Shown: positions 10,381 to 23,419 of the stretch, one piece after another
Position numbering within the stretch: position 1 is the first letter of the stretch
Layout: each line of letters begins with the position of its first letter
DNA from: Lama guanicoe
Lineage: Eukaryota
Reading direction: 5' to 3'
DNA: 60,000 nt
NCBI GenBank assembly: GCA_013239625.1
Contig: MU056000.1
Coordinates: 12,351,175-12,411,174, forward strand
Notes under the pieces: generated by a model
What the model saw: only the letters and a program-made list of their open reading frames with translations
What the model was told of the DNA's origin: nothing
Database searches by the model: none
Translations under genes and position numbers: made by a program

Positions 10381-13300
10381 AATTTTAAATACCTTGATTC
10401 TGTATTCTGTCTGATGGGACCTCACCGTGGACTTTTTATGGAGTTTAGCCTTGGCACCAAATGAGTGTGGAAGAAATCAAAACAAGAACATGGGGATAAT
10501 GATATAACATAAGGAGTGATAGTTTGAGTTAGATGCCAGACACTGTTGGGGCAGGCATCTTTCTGATTTCCAAACAGAGCTGATGTGTGATTAGGCTGTC
10601 TTTCTCAAGAGAGCAAGCTACAGTAATTCTTACACAGTCCCCTTCTGTTATTGTTTTGTGTGTGACTATGCAAACAAAGATAGGAAAGCTTCCAGTAAGC
10701 AACCTAAACATTTGCTTCAGCGGAATTTTAACTTCGTTGTCCTGTCTTAGTTTCCTTGAGAACTGCTTCAATGTAATTTATCTTTTTTGTTTGGCAGAAG
10801 CAGATTAGATTGTTTTAAAAATAAGAATATAAAGGAATTCTTCTATATATTCCAAAAGATTAAATGTTACCTTAGCAAATCTATTCAAAACCCTTGGAAC
10901 CACAGCTGAGTCTGCATTGTGCTTGTGTGGAGGAAGTCCTCCGAAGAGCATCACCTGAATGTGAGGGATGATGTCTTGAAAGTTCACAGGTGTCAGTTCT
11001 AGTCTTCCTGCTACTTCAGCTTCAGTGTTAATTGGAGGAAGAGTTTACCCTTTTGGACACAAGACAAGCATGACAGCATCCTAGGGACAGCTGCCGTTCA
11101 CTAGTCTCTTTGGCCAGTGGTCACTTTGTGGCAGGTGGAGTTCAACCAAGAAGTGGCGTTTGTCTCCCATGTTAGTGGTGATTCCTGCTCTGAAAGGACC
11201 CTCTGGAATTTCCTGATGTCAGGAACACTACTGTGAAAAACTTAGTCTCCTCAACTCCACTAATGACCCAAACCGCTCCTGGCATCCTCCTCCTGAAATC
11301 CAGGACCCACCTCTCTGCTCCTTACATCGAATACTAGAAATTTAACTTCTTGGTTCTTTTAGAATTCAGGCTTCCTGTCAATAACCATCAAGAACATGAG
11401 CTCCTTAAGTTGAAAGTCCCTGTAGATGCTGGGATAGTTTATAAAGCAGACTGATGTTGACAATGTTAACAACAATACTGAGAAAAATAATGTTAGGACT
11501 TTTAAAATATTTCAGAGTGCGTCTCTTTAAGTACCAGGATAAAAGGAAATAATTCATCTCTCTTGAGTAGGTAGAGATGAAATTTTAAATGAAATATTTA
11601 AATATTCAGCTATGTAGCAGTCATGACTGGAAACAACCCCAAGAAATAGGAAAATGCGACTGAAAAGGAAGTTTCTTTCCAATAGCCACAATTCTGAAGT
11701 AAAGTCAAACGGCGAGCAGAAGAAACCAGAGAAATGGATCGTTTTACTGGATTAAAATGATACCATCTTCCTGGGTTGTTTGGATGATAACAGCTATTGA
11801 GTCGGTTTAACTTAGTTTAGTTCAACTAAGGTTAGTAGGAACCTCCTACTTTAAACCAGTGGGGGAAGGAGTAAAAATTTCCATATTCACCAAAGTTTTG
11901 CTTCTGAAGAGATGAATTCAGTCACCTTTACCTTGGCAAACAGGCTGTCCCCATATTGAGCCAGAGGAAAACTATCCTAATGAAAGCAGACAAGTAACAG
12001 ATGTTTTGAAGAATTGGAGGGTAAGTCAATGGATGTTGCCAATCTCCAGACTACCTCGTCTGTCACTCTGAGTCTTCTGTTTAGACAGCAAATATCCCAC
12101 CTGCAGCCACTAAGCTGACCTCCCAGATCAGCTGACTAGGCAGCCAGGAATCCCCAAAGGGAAAAAAAAAATTCTTGCTAAACTGGTTTCCTGGGTCACT
12201 TTGATTTGAATGAGACTTCATTCTTAAAGAGGAAGAAAGAGAGAAGAGAAAAATCCAAGGATATACTCCTTCTTGCCTTTTAACTTCAGGGGAATAGTGC
12301 AGCTAAGTTACAAAATCAAGTCCAAACGGGTGGGGCTCCCGGAACTTCCCAAATGGGGAAAATTCAAATAGATACATTTCACATTGCAGATCGAGTCTTC
12401 TCCGTGAAGAAGAAGGTAAATTTGAGAAGACAGACAACATCAAGAACCGATAGGCATGAACTATTCTTTAATGGAGGAATGGGAGGGATTTGCAAATAGC
12501 CAGGAGCTAAGTCTTCTCTGCTTTGAAATTGTGAAGTCCTGGAGCCTCTGCCTGAAAGTCAAGGCAGGTGTCAGGAGTGTACAGGTCCAGGAGGAAGCAA
12601 TTGGGATGGGAGAGATCCTTCCCCAAAGTTGGTCTCTCCTCTTTCTAAATTGTATTGTGGAAGCATTTTTCAAAAATATAAAAATTGGCACAAATAAAAG
12701 GCGGCATTTGGGGTTTACAGAGGGCACTGTGTAGTGGTGGGTGTGGTTGGAAACACCAATGGAACACTTTCCTGGAGTTAATCCCTTATTGGCCAGAGCC
12801 CCAGCTTTGGCAATTTATGGGGATTCCCCTCGTACTAGAATGACACTTTGGCCCAAATACATCTTGCATTTTGTCCTAGACCAAGTATCATTTCGATTTT
12901 CTCATCTTATTCTTCGTGTTCAGCGAAGTGACCAAATTACTCTCTAAAAAATTCTTTGGTGTACATTTCTTTAATACCTAGTTTCTGGAGACTTTATTTT
13001 CTATATTTATGGATTCTTACAGAAACTTCGGTTACTATCCGCATTTCCTGAGGAGCCTCAGGCTCTGCCCGGTGGCATGGTACCAAGAATAGAAATATCC
13101 CTTCTGGCTTCTGGGCCAGTGCTCTGAATTATTTCCCATGCTTCTGCCTTCTTGGCTACTTGCACCAGTGATTAAGAATATTTTTATGACTATAAACTTC
13201 TTCACATCAGAATTCTAGAGTTTTCACTTGGCTGTCTTTGTAGGCACAGTTTGTAAGGGAAAGGACTCCATTTATGTATTTATTCATTCATCAGACAATA

Positions 13301-13454
13301 TTTATTAAACATCTGTTGTGTGCTGGGCAATCTTCTAGGTGCTAACGAGGTAGTCATGATCAAAATAGGCGAAGATCTCTGCCTTCATAGAATTTACATT
13401 TTTAGTGCGTGGAGGCATACCACAAACAAGACAGACAGGGAAAATGTACGGGAC

Positions 13455-13965
13455 GTTAGAAGGGGGGAGGAAAAAATGTTTTCCTCTAGCTTCAGTAAGT
13501 GAGGTCTGCGAACTAAACTGACACAGGAGACAGATAAGCAGGAGAAAAGGAATCCATATTTTATTAATATTTTAAATTTTACATGTATGGGGGCTTCACA
13601 GAAAAGCAATGAAAAACCCAAAGATGGGTTAGACTCAGGGACTTACATACTGTTTTAACAAAAGGTGATAAATTGTGGAGAAGTGACTACACAAAGGAAA
13701 GGGGTTTGGGGCTTGTAGGGCCAATGAATTCTGGGAAGTGAAAGTACGGATGTATATGGGGGAAGCTAAGGTAGCCAGGCTTGTTTATTAAGGTTTGTTC
13801 CTGCAGGCTGGCCTTGGTGACGTGGCTGGTGACTGGGATTTTTCTCCTCTTCCTGGACTGGGAGAGGGGGACCCTTCTGTCTGCTTTTTCTCAGTTGCCT
13901 TCAGCTCGGGGTAACCCTTATGCCTGAGTGACATATTTTGAGGTAGCATATTCTGATCCCCTTCA
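13455..13965 (-). mobile_element. MER34-type ERV1 solo LTR
   Basis: minus strand starts TGAAGGGGATCAGAATATGCTACCTCAAAATATG...GAGCTGAAGGCAACTGAGAA (MER34-like); minus-strand AATAAA near 13561. Confidence 0.8.
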
Positions 13966-14599
13966 GGATAACAGGGTGGGGAAAAGGATGGGATGAGAGA
14001 TGGTTTGTAATTTTAGATAGAGTGCTCAGGGAAGATTTGATAGACTGAGCAGGGTAAGATTTGAATCAAGACCTTAAAGAAGAGAAGGGGCCAGCCTTGA
14101 GGGTGATGAGGAAGAGCATTCCAGGCAGAGAGGACAGTGGATTCAAAAGCAGAAGCAGGAGAGGTAGGGGAACTCAAGGAGGCAGAGCAAGTGAGCCAGG
14201 AGGATGAGGAGGGAGACAGAGGGGGAAGGATGTGGCCGGCATGAACACACACACATACGTGAGATGGGAGACTGTTGGACAGTTTTGATCAGAGGAGGGT
14301 GTGATCTGACTGACATGTGTTAACAAGATCACTCTGATTTCAGGGTTGAAAATACATTGCTGGGTGACCCAGTTGGGAGCCTGAAGCCAATAAGGGGACT
14401 TGTGGGTTACCCAGGCAAGAGATGGTGGTGGCTTGGACCAGGGATGTGGCAATGGGGGAGGCGGATGGTGGTCAGATTCTGTATCTATTTCTCAGGAGAG
14501 GTGACAGGATTTGTTGACGTATTAGATGTGGGGTGTGGGAGGAGATTCAAAGTAACTCCTGAGTTTTTGCCTGAGCACCTGTAAGAATGAAGTTGCCAT

Positions 14600-15185
14600 G
14601 GTAGGGGAGGAAAAAAACCTTCCCTTTATCCTTCTGAATTCTAGGCTGAGACCCACCCTCACCCCCCATAATTAAAGACAGATTAACAAGAAGGAAAAAC
14701 AAACCAGTTTAGTAACATGTATTCCTCAGGCATATGTTGGAAAACCTAGAGAAAATGAATAACTCAAAGAGATGGCTTTGGAATTCAGGCTTAAATACCA
14801 TCTTAATAAGGAAAAGGAAGGGAGGACGTTGGCCTCTTAGGCGAGAGTGAATGATTTATAGGAAAGATAAATGGGTCCTTAGAAGTCCAGATAGGAGGTT
14901 TGGTAGATTGTGATGGAGTCTGCTTGGATGTGGTGTCGACTTTCAGTCTCCTCACCTGTGATGAGTCAATCTTCTCTGATGAAGGAATCTTTGAGGATCG
15001 AGTTCCTTTTGGAGGATCTGTCTTTAGGCAGATAAGAGAAGTTCAGAGAAAGCCTCTCCCTGCATTTGCTGTTTTTCCAGTGGCTACAACTCCAAATAAT
15101 CCTTATGCAAAGCAGCGTATTTTCAGGTGGCACATCCTTAATTCTTACGGTCATATTTTGGGGTGGTATGTTCAGCTGCCCTTCA
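14600..15185 (-). mobile_element. MER34-type ERV1 solo LTR with 4-bp TSD
   Basis: minus strand starts TGAAGGGCAGCTGAACATACCACCCCAAAATATG; TSD ccat at 14596-14599 and 15186-15189. Confidence 0.8.
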
Positions 15186-15516
15186 CCATTTACTAAGACT
15201 GATGAAGATTCTGAGAGCAATTGGTTGGATGGGGGGGTAGTTATCAGGAGCTCAGTTTTGTATACATTAAATGTGAGACAATTACTAGTTATCCCACTGG
15301 AAGTATCAAAAATACAGCTGGATCTATGAGTTGAAAGCTCAGAGAAATCAGATGTTTGGAACATATCAGCATACTGATATCTGAAACCATGAGACCAGAT
15401 GTGCTGACCAAGGAAGAGAGTACAGCTCTGGAATTAGAAGATCTGGGTCCAGATTTCAACGTCAACATCTGTGGCCCCATAACCAACCTCACTTAATTAT
15501 CTGTGACGTGACTATG

Positions 15517-15853
15517 TGCTGTGGACTGACTGCGTAGCCCGCAAATTCATATGTTGAAATCCTAACCCCCAATGTGATGGTACTAGGAAGTAGGTCGTGA
15601 GGGTAGAGACCCCTTGAATGAGATAGTGCCCTTAAAAAAGAGACCCCAGGGGGCTCCCTCACCCTCTTACACCCTGTGAGAACACGGAGAGATGACATCT
15701 GTGAACCAGGCAGTGGGCTCTCATCAGACACTGAATTAGCAGGCACCTTGACCTTGAACTTTCCAGCCTCCAGAACTATGAGAAATAAGTACTTGTTGGT
15801 TAAGCCACCAGTCTATGGTAATTTTGTTATAGCAGCCCGAATGGACTAAGACA
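15517..15853 (+). mobile_element. MLT1A solo LTR
   Basis: tgctgtggactga...aaattcatatgttgaaatcctaacccccaatgtgatggta...tccagcctccagaactatgagaaataa...gcagcccgaatggactaagaca; TSD ctatg/ctctg. Confidence 0.9.
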
Positions 15854-16102
15854 CTCTGATGACATTAGCATCACAGTGGTACCCTTGGAATAAATCTAAC
15901 ATGGTACCTGATGCTGAATAAATGTTGGTTAAATATTGTCAGTGAATAAATAACTAGAGTTCCATTTGCTACCCACCAAAGAACACTTGTTCTACTTGTC
16001 AGTTAACTCTTCATTTTAACTCTCTCTCATTCACGATCCTGGATTCTGGAATGAGGAACAGGTTGGGATAGGAGGGCAGAAATTCCACTGGATAAATAAG
16101 GT

Positions 16103-16330
16103 GCTATTAATTGAGCATTTACTATGTGTCTGGGGCTGTCTTATCTCTTTACATGCATTGTCTGATTTTATTCTCACAAGAACCCTAGAAGATAGTTACC
16201 ATTTAGTCTCCAGTTTTACAGTTGAGAGTAGGTAGTGTACGTACCCAAGGTCATGGTGGATAAAAACCAGAACTGGACCAGGATCCGGTTCCAACTGACT
16301 CCAAAGCTTTATCATTATTCTGCACTCTCC
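16103..16330 (-). mobile_element. MIR SINE
   Basis: ttgagcatttactatgtgtctgggg...attctcacaagaaccctag...ttttacagttgag...cccaaggtca...tgactccaaagc. Confidence 0.8.
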
Positions 16331-16664
16331 ACCATGGTAGAGGAGGGAAGGGATCTCCTAACTCTGGTCAGTGACACTTCTTAGTCTTAACTCCATTCAC
16401 CTGTTACCCTGCATTTTCATTCTTAGTCCAAGGTGACACAGCTGCGAAGTGACTGATGGGAACAAACGTCAGCCGAGGTCTTCCCACAAGTCCAGGTTCC
16501 ATGTTCTTTACCACAGCAGTCATTCTGATAATCAGTAAGGCGCACCTCCACCCCCTTCTTCTCCCCGAATATAAACATAAATAGAGAAACATCTTACATA
16601 AAAATCTATGGTTAATGGTTCCATTTACTCTTTCCATGTCTTCACTTGGCCTCTAAATGATGCA

Positions 16665-16840
16665 TTTTTAACCCTGGCCATGCTTTTGAAAACACCTGGA
16701 GAGTTTAAAAAAAAAGTCACAGAACCTGAGATCCTACCCCAGACCAATTCAATCAGATGAGGCCGGGGCAATGGTCTTTATTATTTTTTTTAATCTATTT
16801 TTGAAAATCTGCATAATTTTAATGTACAGACAAACCTATG
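16665..16840. mobile_element. MER5-like MITE remnant
   Basis: ttttaaccctggc...cacctggagagtttaaaaaa...accccagaccaattcaatcaga...ataattttaatgtacag. Confidence 0.6.
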
Positions 16841-18524
16841 AATGACCCGCTTATGGGACAGGACAAAGCCAAGTCAAATGCAGGTGCAAATCATGACCAT
16901 TTAGCTATACCAAGAATAGAGGTAAAAAGTACATTAAAAAAATTCTAGTATTTTTCCTGATCCCAAACACTAACCTGTGGGATAGGCCACACCCATCACA
17001 ATCTGGAGCGGATAATTAAATTGAATATGTCCCTCAAATGACCCTGATTAATAAGCATGGGTGTCATATCCTATCTCTACCCTGATGCCTTTTTGTTGAG
17101 AACAAATACTTTGAGGACAAGAGGAGAAATTCAAATTATTTGGGGTATATTGTACCAGATGCGGGAAGCACCATAGAGCGAGAAGGGGGACTGAGGGGGT
17201 GAGTTCTCCGGCAGTGATAATCCACAGCTCGCCTTTGCAGGAGAAAAGAGACGGAACTGCGGGTGCTCTGGACGGCTGCTGGGAATGTAGAGGAGACAGG
17301 TACAGGGTTGCAGGCACGGACGTTTCCACGTCCCCTTTGTTCATGCCATCCTGTCCTTGGGGCCAGTCCCAGGTTCCAGCAGGAATGGAGGGATGTCTGA
17401 GCAAATCCAGGCAGGCTCAGCGGCAAGGGCAGAGCCCTGTGGCCGGCAAGCCCACTGAGCTGCAAGTTCGTTCTGGGACAGTCATCCCAGGACGACTGAT
17501 CTTTGGAGATCGCTGACCTGTATACCTGTGCAAACTTGCTTCTAGAAAAGGTACCTTAATTTTATTTAAAAAAATTTAGAGCCCTTGAAATACCTTCTTC
17601 ACCTATCTTTTCTAATATGTCCTTTTGGGGGCTGTGGCATAGTTTAAAAGCTTTTATTGTTCTTCCTCTTTATATGGAGATCTGACGGGTAAAAAATCTT
17701 ACTTCTTGCAGAGTAGACATATGAATATTGCTGATGACATAAATGATGTGGTTACTGCTGGATTTAGAACTGACTGCACACGGCACTTAGAATCTGGCTG
17801 GTTTGTCGGAGGAAGAGGAAGAAGAGTCTTTGAGTTAACGTCTGTGTTCCATTCCTCCCAATCTCATAGCCCTTAGCGCACTTCAGATAAACCAGCTCAC
17901 TAAATGCAAACGCCAAGTCCTGAGCCAAAGTCTCTTCCGGGCCTCCATCCAGGCGGGTGTCTACAGGCGTGATCTATGAGCGTGAGTGGGCAGATTGGTT
18001 CTTCTTCTATTATTGTTTGCCCAGGAGACTACTATGGCTCCTTACTCCCCATCTTTGGGAGTTTTTGACGTCCGAGGACTCAGACTTAATAAATGAAGGT
18101 ATCGGGCCTCGGTGCACGTCTTCTGCTTGCTTCCCCGACCTGGCTTTCACCGGGGGGTGGTCTGACTGCGCCATAAGCCAGTTGAGGGATGAGGCAGGAG
18201 GACCACGCCTGCGCCCTGGCAGCCCTTCTGAGGTTCCAGGAATCCTTTATTACAAATGTCTTGCCGGACTCTAAAGCTCATCCTTGAGGGCCAAGAAATC
18301 TATATATTTTAAGTAGCATTGAATTTCAGCATCCAGTTAATGCACCATCTCTTACAGACTAATAAACCAGAATAATGTGCCTAAAATGGAGATGCCTGTA
18401 GAAACCTGCTTCACCAGCCAGAACGTGATAAATAACTGTTAGTTATTTCTTTTTTGGTATGATGGCACAGAATTGTGGGTGTTCTGTTATAGTTTGCTTA
18501 TTCGTTTTCATAATCATTGTAACA

Positions 18525-19052
18525 CTATAAAATATACAAGCAGTATGAAATTGTATATGGATAGTTTAAACAACAGTCGATGAACAGCTTTTAAACCACT
18601 ATCTACCCAATAAATAGAACATCATCGGTGCCCCAAAGCTCCCTGTGTGATTCAGTTAGATTGCATATCCGTTCCCACCCTCACCCCCCTCCCCAATAAC
18701 CACTGTCCTGAATTTTGTGTTAATCGCACCCTTACTTTTTATTGTGTGTTTGTGTATAACCACAACATGAGTGTATCAGGAAATAATGTATTTAGTTTCC
18801 CCTGCTTTTGAACTTTATATGAAATAATCCTCCACAATTTGCTTCTTTGGCTCGATCTTTTTTTTTTTTTTTGTAAGTTCAGCCACATTGATGCATGAAA
18901 ACTGATCTATTCATTTTTGCTGCTGTGCAATATTCCATGGTCTGGAAAACCCATGACTTTAAATCATTCTACTGTTGATGGATACTTGTTTTCTTTATGA
19001 AAAACACTGCTAAAAACATCTGTGAACTTGTTTCCTGGTGCACATGTGTCAA
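18525..19052 (-). mobile_element. L1ME-type 3' fragment
   Basis: aaatagaacatca...ataaccactgtcctgaattttgtgttaatc...ttcatttttgctgctgtgcaatattccat...cattctactgttgatggatac...ctggtgcacatgtg. Confidence 0.8.
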
Positions 19053-19280
19053 GTTGGATTTTGATAGCTCTTTGTTTACCAAACTCCTTTGAGAAATCAT
19101 CAGGCAGTGAGAAAAATTCTCAAGAGCAGAGCTGCCAAACATTTCCCCTATTTTTAAAAAGTGGGAAGAGGTGGAATCTGGAATATACTAAAACAATGAG
19201 CGTGATGAGGAGTCTTGGTAAAATTCACAAGAAGAAAATTAGACGTGACTTGTTCTTAAGAGTGCTTGGAAAGACAATGA

Positions 19281-19445
19281 GTGGTGAGGATATAGCCTAG
19301 TGGTAGAGTTCATGCCTAGCATGCATGAGGTCCTGGGTTCAATCCCCAACACCCTGATGGAAAAAAAAAGTAAACCTAATTATCTCCCCCTCCCACAAAA
19401 ATGATTAATTAATTAATTAAAAATTTTTTTAAAAAAGAAGAAATA
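19281..19445 (+). mobile_element. camelid Vic-1-like tRNA-derived SINE
   Basis: A box tagcctagtgg, B box ggttcaatcc, body tagagttcatgcctagcatgcatgaggtcc, tail taaacctaattatctccccc followed by an A/T-rich end. Confidence 0.85.
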
Positions 19446-19569
19446 AAATGAAGTGCCCGTGACTTAGTGTCATGTCGCTAAAAATAAGCTACAACAAATT
19501 AGTTTAATCAAATCCTTTGGGAGAGTCACTGCACTTGGATGTTCAGGAAATGCTCCATTTACCTTATTT

Positions 19570-19756
19570 TCCTGAGTGTCCTGTGAGGCTCTGTATAGAT
19601 TCCCTGTCACAGGGCTGTTCATTGAGGCTTATGTTTACTTGTTTCCATGTCAGCTTCTCTGAACTACAAGCTCTGGTGGGCAGGGATCTTATCCTGATCA
19701 TCTAACAAAGAGTGCTTGGCTCCAGCTGGTACTTCCTAGAGGTTTGTTGAATGAAT
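19570..19756 (+). mobile_element. L2 3' end fragment
   Basis: actacaagctctggtgggcagggatctt...agtgcttggc...gtttgttgaatgaat. Confidence 0.65.
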
Positions 19757-19944
19757 TCTCTCCTTCAAGGCCAAGACCAGGAGCATAAGATTGAGGTGGT
19801 ACAGGCAGGAGGACCAGAAGTTTTAGAAACATCATAGCTAATGATTATTGATTAATAGATAAATATCTAGTTAGAAAACTTCCATTTAAGCCTTTGCCTT
19901 GCTCATTTTTTTTGAGAGTTCAGATCGATTTATTTGCTTTACAT

Positions 19945-20535
19945 GACGACTTCACTGAGATATTATTTATATACCACACAGTATACCTATTTAAATTGTA
20001 CAAGTCAATTTTTTTTTTGTAATTGCGAACATCACCACCATCAGTCTTAGGATATTTTCATCACTGCAAAAAAAAAAAAAAAACCTTTATCCATTAGCAT
20101 ACCCTCCCAACCTCCCCAGCCTGGGCAACCACTAACCAACTTTCAGTCTCTATAAATTTGCATATTCTGGTTATTTCACATAAAAGGAGTCATACAATAT
20201 GTGCTCTTTTATGACTGGCTTCTTTCACTTATGATATTTTTAAGGTTTATTTATGTTGTAGCACATATTATTACCTTTTTATTGCTGAATAATATTCTCT
20301 TCTATGAATATAGATGTTTTGCTTACCCATTCATCAGTTGACGGACATTTTTCCCACTTAATTACTATTTTGAATAATGCTGATATGAACATTTGCGTAC
20401 AAGCTTTTATGTAGAAGTATGTTTTCATTTCTCTCTGAAATATTTTTGTTTTACTTCTTTTCTCTTGGGCATATGTTTGAGTGAGATTCCTGGGTCATAT
20501 GGTAACTCTAAGTTTAACCTTTGAGGAACTTGTCT
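19945..20535 (-). mobile_element. L1MB-type 3' fragment
   Basis: ctgagatattatttatatacca...ctgggcaaccactaa...ttgcatattctgg...ttattgctgaataatattc...ctgggtcatatggtaactctaagtttaacctttgaggaact. Confidence 0.9.
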
Positions 20536-20633
20536 TGGATAACATTTTAATAAGCAATTTAGGTGAAGATAAGATTTATAATGATTAAATTTGTGAATGG
20601 TATAAATCTGCAAGGAATCACTGCTTTAGGATG

Positions 20634-20937
20634 GCAATGCTCAATATGGTAGCCACTAGCCTCATGAGACTGCTGTGCACTTGAAGTGTGGTTAGTCTGA
20701 ATTAAGATGACTTACAAATGTACACTATATACTGGATTTAAAGTCTTGGTATGAAAAATGTAAATTATCTCATTAGTAATTTTTTATACTGGTTATAGGT
20801 TGACATACTAATACGTTGAAGGCATTGGGGTAAATAAAATCGATTTCACCTACATTTTTTTTTTGCTTTTTCAATGTGGCTACAAGAAAATTTACAATAC
20901 CATAAGTGCTGCATGTCCGTTTCTATTGGGCAGTGTT
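20634..20937. mobile_element. MER33-like hAT-Charlie MITE
   Basis: caatatggtagccactagcc...gcacttgaagtgtggttagtctgaatt...aatgtggctacaagaaaattta...tttctattgggcagtg. Confidence 0.8.
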
Positions 20938-20994
20938 ACTCTGTTTCTTCCATGTTCATCTCCTCCGTCAAACATCAAATAAATACTAGCCTGG

Positions 20995-21215
20995 CAGGGT
21001 TTGGAGGCAGACTGATCTGAATTCAAACCAGATTCTTCTTAGATGTAACGCCATCATGGGCAGCTTCCTTAGTATCTCTAAGTCTCATTTCACTTAAATG
21101 TAAACATTAAAAAATAATAATATTTATTTTATCAAAATGTTACGAGAAGTCAATGAATGACATTATATGAAGAACTTAGAACTTAGCTGAACTTAGCTGA
21201 AGGCAGGCACTCAGA
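20995..21215 (+). mobile_element. MIR SINE
   Basis: ttggaggcagactgatctgaattcaaacc...tgggcagcttccttagtatctctaagtctcatttc. Confidence 0.7.
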
Positions 21216-23419
21216 AAGAGTGAAATAATGTCAGTTCTCTTCTCTCTTCTCTTCATTTCCATTCTGTTCTGTGATAGGTAATTAATCTGGTCAGACCATT
21301 TACAGTTCTGGGTGGTAACATGTCCCACCTCGTGTGACTTACGTGGGTATTTAATTTAATAAGAAACTTCAAAATATTATGCTTAATAAAATGATTTCAA
21401 TGGCTGAATTTTTCCGGTGGGCAGGATCTCATAAATAATATGAATAATCACTTTCATCTCTTCTTTGATTTTAGAATTTAACTTTGCCCGTCTGCAGTGC
21501 AAGATATGCCAAGTCTTAAAATACTCTCAGGCTGATTGAACTTACTCAACATTGAGGATGTGTTGAGATTGTTCACATATGTTTCAGGATGTCATTTGAA
21601 CCACCCAGAACTCATTCAATATGGAAAACTAAGTGAGAACTTCTCAAAGGAACTTATGCTCTTCTCTTCAGAGGTCAATGGAATTTCCTGTTTCTGTTTG
21701 GACTCAAAATATCACGTGAAGTTCTAATTTCTCCGAACACTTTGGATCCTGGCTTGACCCAGGAAGGCACAGCTTAATTTAAATGGAAAACACACACATA
21801 TCACAGACACTTTACCACCTCCCCCGGTTCTGAGGCATGTCTGCTTGACCAGAAGCTGATTCCTCTCCACAACATCCATCGTGGAATGTATTCTTCACTT
21901 TGCTGAGATTTACTTCCTTCTCCAGAATTGGCAAGCACCCACAATTTCTTTCCACCTTTTTGTACTTTTGAAAGCAGGTCGAGCATCAGATAGAGAGAGA
22001 AATGGATGGAATGGAATTGGTAAACTTTTCTTAATCAAAGGAAAAACTTGCCTCTGAAAATAGAAGTTTCATATAATCAAATAAAACCTCTTGCGTACTG
22101 AGGGCTCAAAGCAGTCCTTTCCTTGCTCTAGGTTTATGTAAGAGAACAGATCCACAAATTATATTATCGTTGCTTGAGCATTCTCGTCTTCCTTTTCTGT
22201 GTTTTGCCTCCCTAGGTGATCTCTGTCTAGAATATTCCAATTTGGTATGCAGCTAGAAAAAAATAAAAAGCTACCTCTACTGTTTGGAGAAACGTAGAGA
22301 GCTGAGTCTGAAGTAACAGAACGGGTACCCTCTGCAGACCCGCTGACCATCCTGTTCCTATTTGCATGATTAGAGATTAAACATCTTTCAGCCATGTGTG
22401 AACTTGGCATGCTGGGGATTCCTGCTAAAAGCTGCAATTCTTTCTACATCTCACTGCACCCTCTGAGAGAAGTCTCTAAGTACTTCCTTCCAGCTGTCAC
22501 CAAAAATGATGAAGGGCCATTCACTGATAGAACTGCTTTGAGTGCCCCCGCCTGTGTATACAATGAGTAGAAAAGCATTTATTGCCTTTTCAAGGGCAGT
22601 ATTGGAACCATTACACTAACCCAACCAGGTTCTTTGCCTAAAGGATGGGAGGGACACGGCTATGTTCTGACAGAAGTCTTCTGTTGTTTGGGAGCAGAGA
22701 TTATTTAATTTCTTAGAAAGTCAAGTCAGAAGGTAAAGCAGTGTTGATTGATCAGGACCACCTGAAAGAATGCCTCGCAGCAGCTAGTCTGTAAAGTCTT
22801 TCTCAACTTCCTACTTCTAACATTTACCAAAAAGTGTGTTAGTTGCAATTCTTTTAAACCTCAGTCATGGTGTCCGTCAGACAGGAAAGAGGTCACTGAG
22901 AAGAAGCCAAAGAATTACGTATGTTGCTTCTTCCTGTAACTCATTTAGAATTTTGATGATCCCACACCTTCTGAAAAACAATTCAGATGACTAGATATGG
23001 GTCATTCTGAACAAAGTTAATTATTGCCCAGTAGCCAGACACACCTACTTCATTTTCAAGATTATACTGTTTGTTGAGGAACCGATGATGGCAGGGAAGG
23101 GGGAGGTGCCATTGGGTGAGCTTTCTCTTCCAGGACCATTGTTTTTACCTTGTTTCTATCCGCATTGACTAGAAGCCAGAAAAATTACTCAGTCAATTTG
23201 AAAATTATTTTAGTTGATCACACAATTATAATTAGAAAAAATAGAAGTGGATTTAAAGAGTAATTAGCTCATAATCTACTTTCTTATGTAACAACTCTCA
23301 ATTTTCCCATATTTTTTCCAGTCTTTGTTCATTATAATTGGAAAATAGAGTTCTTTTTTAACTCTGATGTCATTTAACCAAATGTTTTAAAATGAGATAT
23401 GAAACTATAGGGCTTCAGT

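Larger units (their letters stand above)
13270..15425 (-). mobile_element. L2a LINE split by two MER34-type LTRs
   Basis: ttcattcatcagacaatatttattaaacatc (L2 3' end); gaagagcattccaggcagagaggacag; ccaggcaagagatggtgg; aatgaagttgccat/ttactaag continuous across the second LTR. Confidence 0.85.

Noticed and set aside
12390..12415. Micro-exon (ttgcAG...AAG|GTAAAT)
   Set aside because: Weak pyrimidine tract and donor; such pairs are common by chance.
13455..15185. Short provirus flanked by two LTRs
   Set aside because: The spacer is L2, there is no primer-binding site or gag/pol sequence, the LTRs differ, and the second has its own TSD.
19281..19355. tRNA gene
   Set aside because: A and B boxes are present but the acceptor stem does not pair well and a SINE tail follows; the same applies to 30506-30575.
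21173..21200. Short tandem repeats (aacttagctg x2; also agaagatgta x2 near 24745)
   Set aside because: Ordinary slippage duplications with no further structure.
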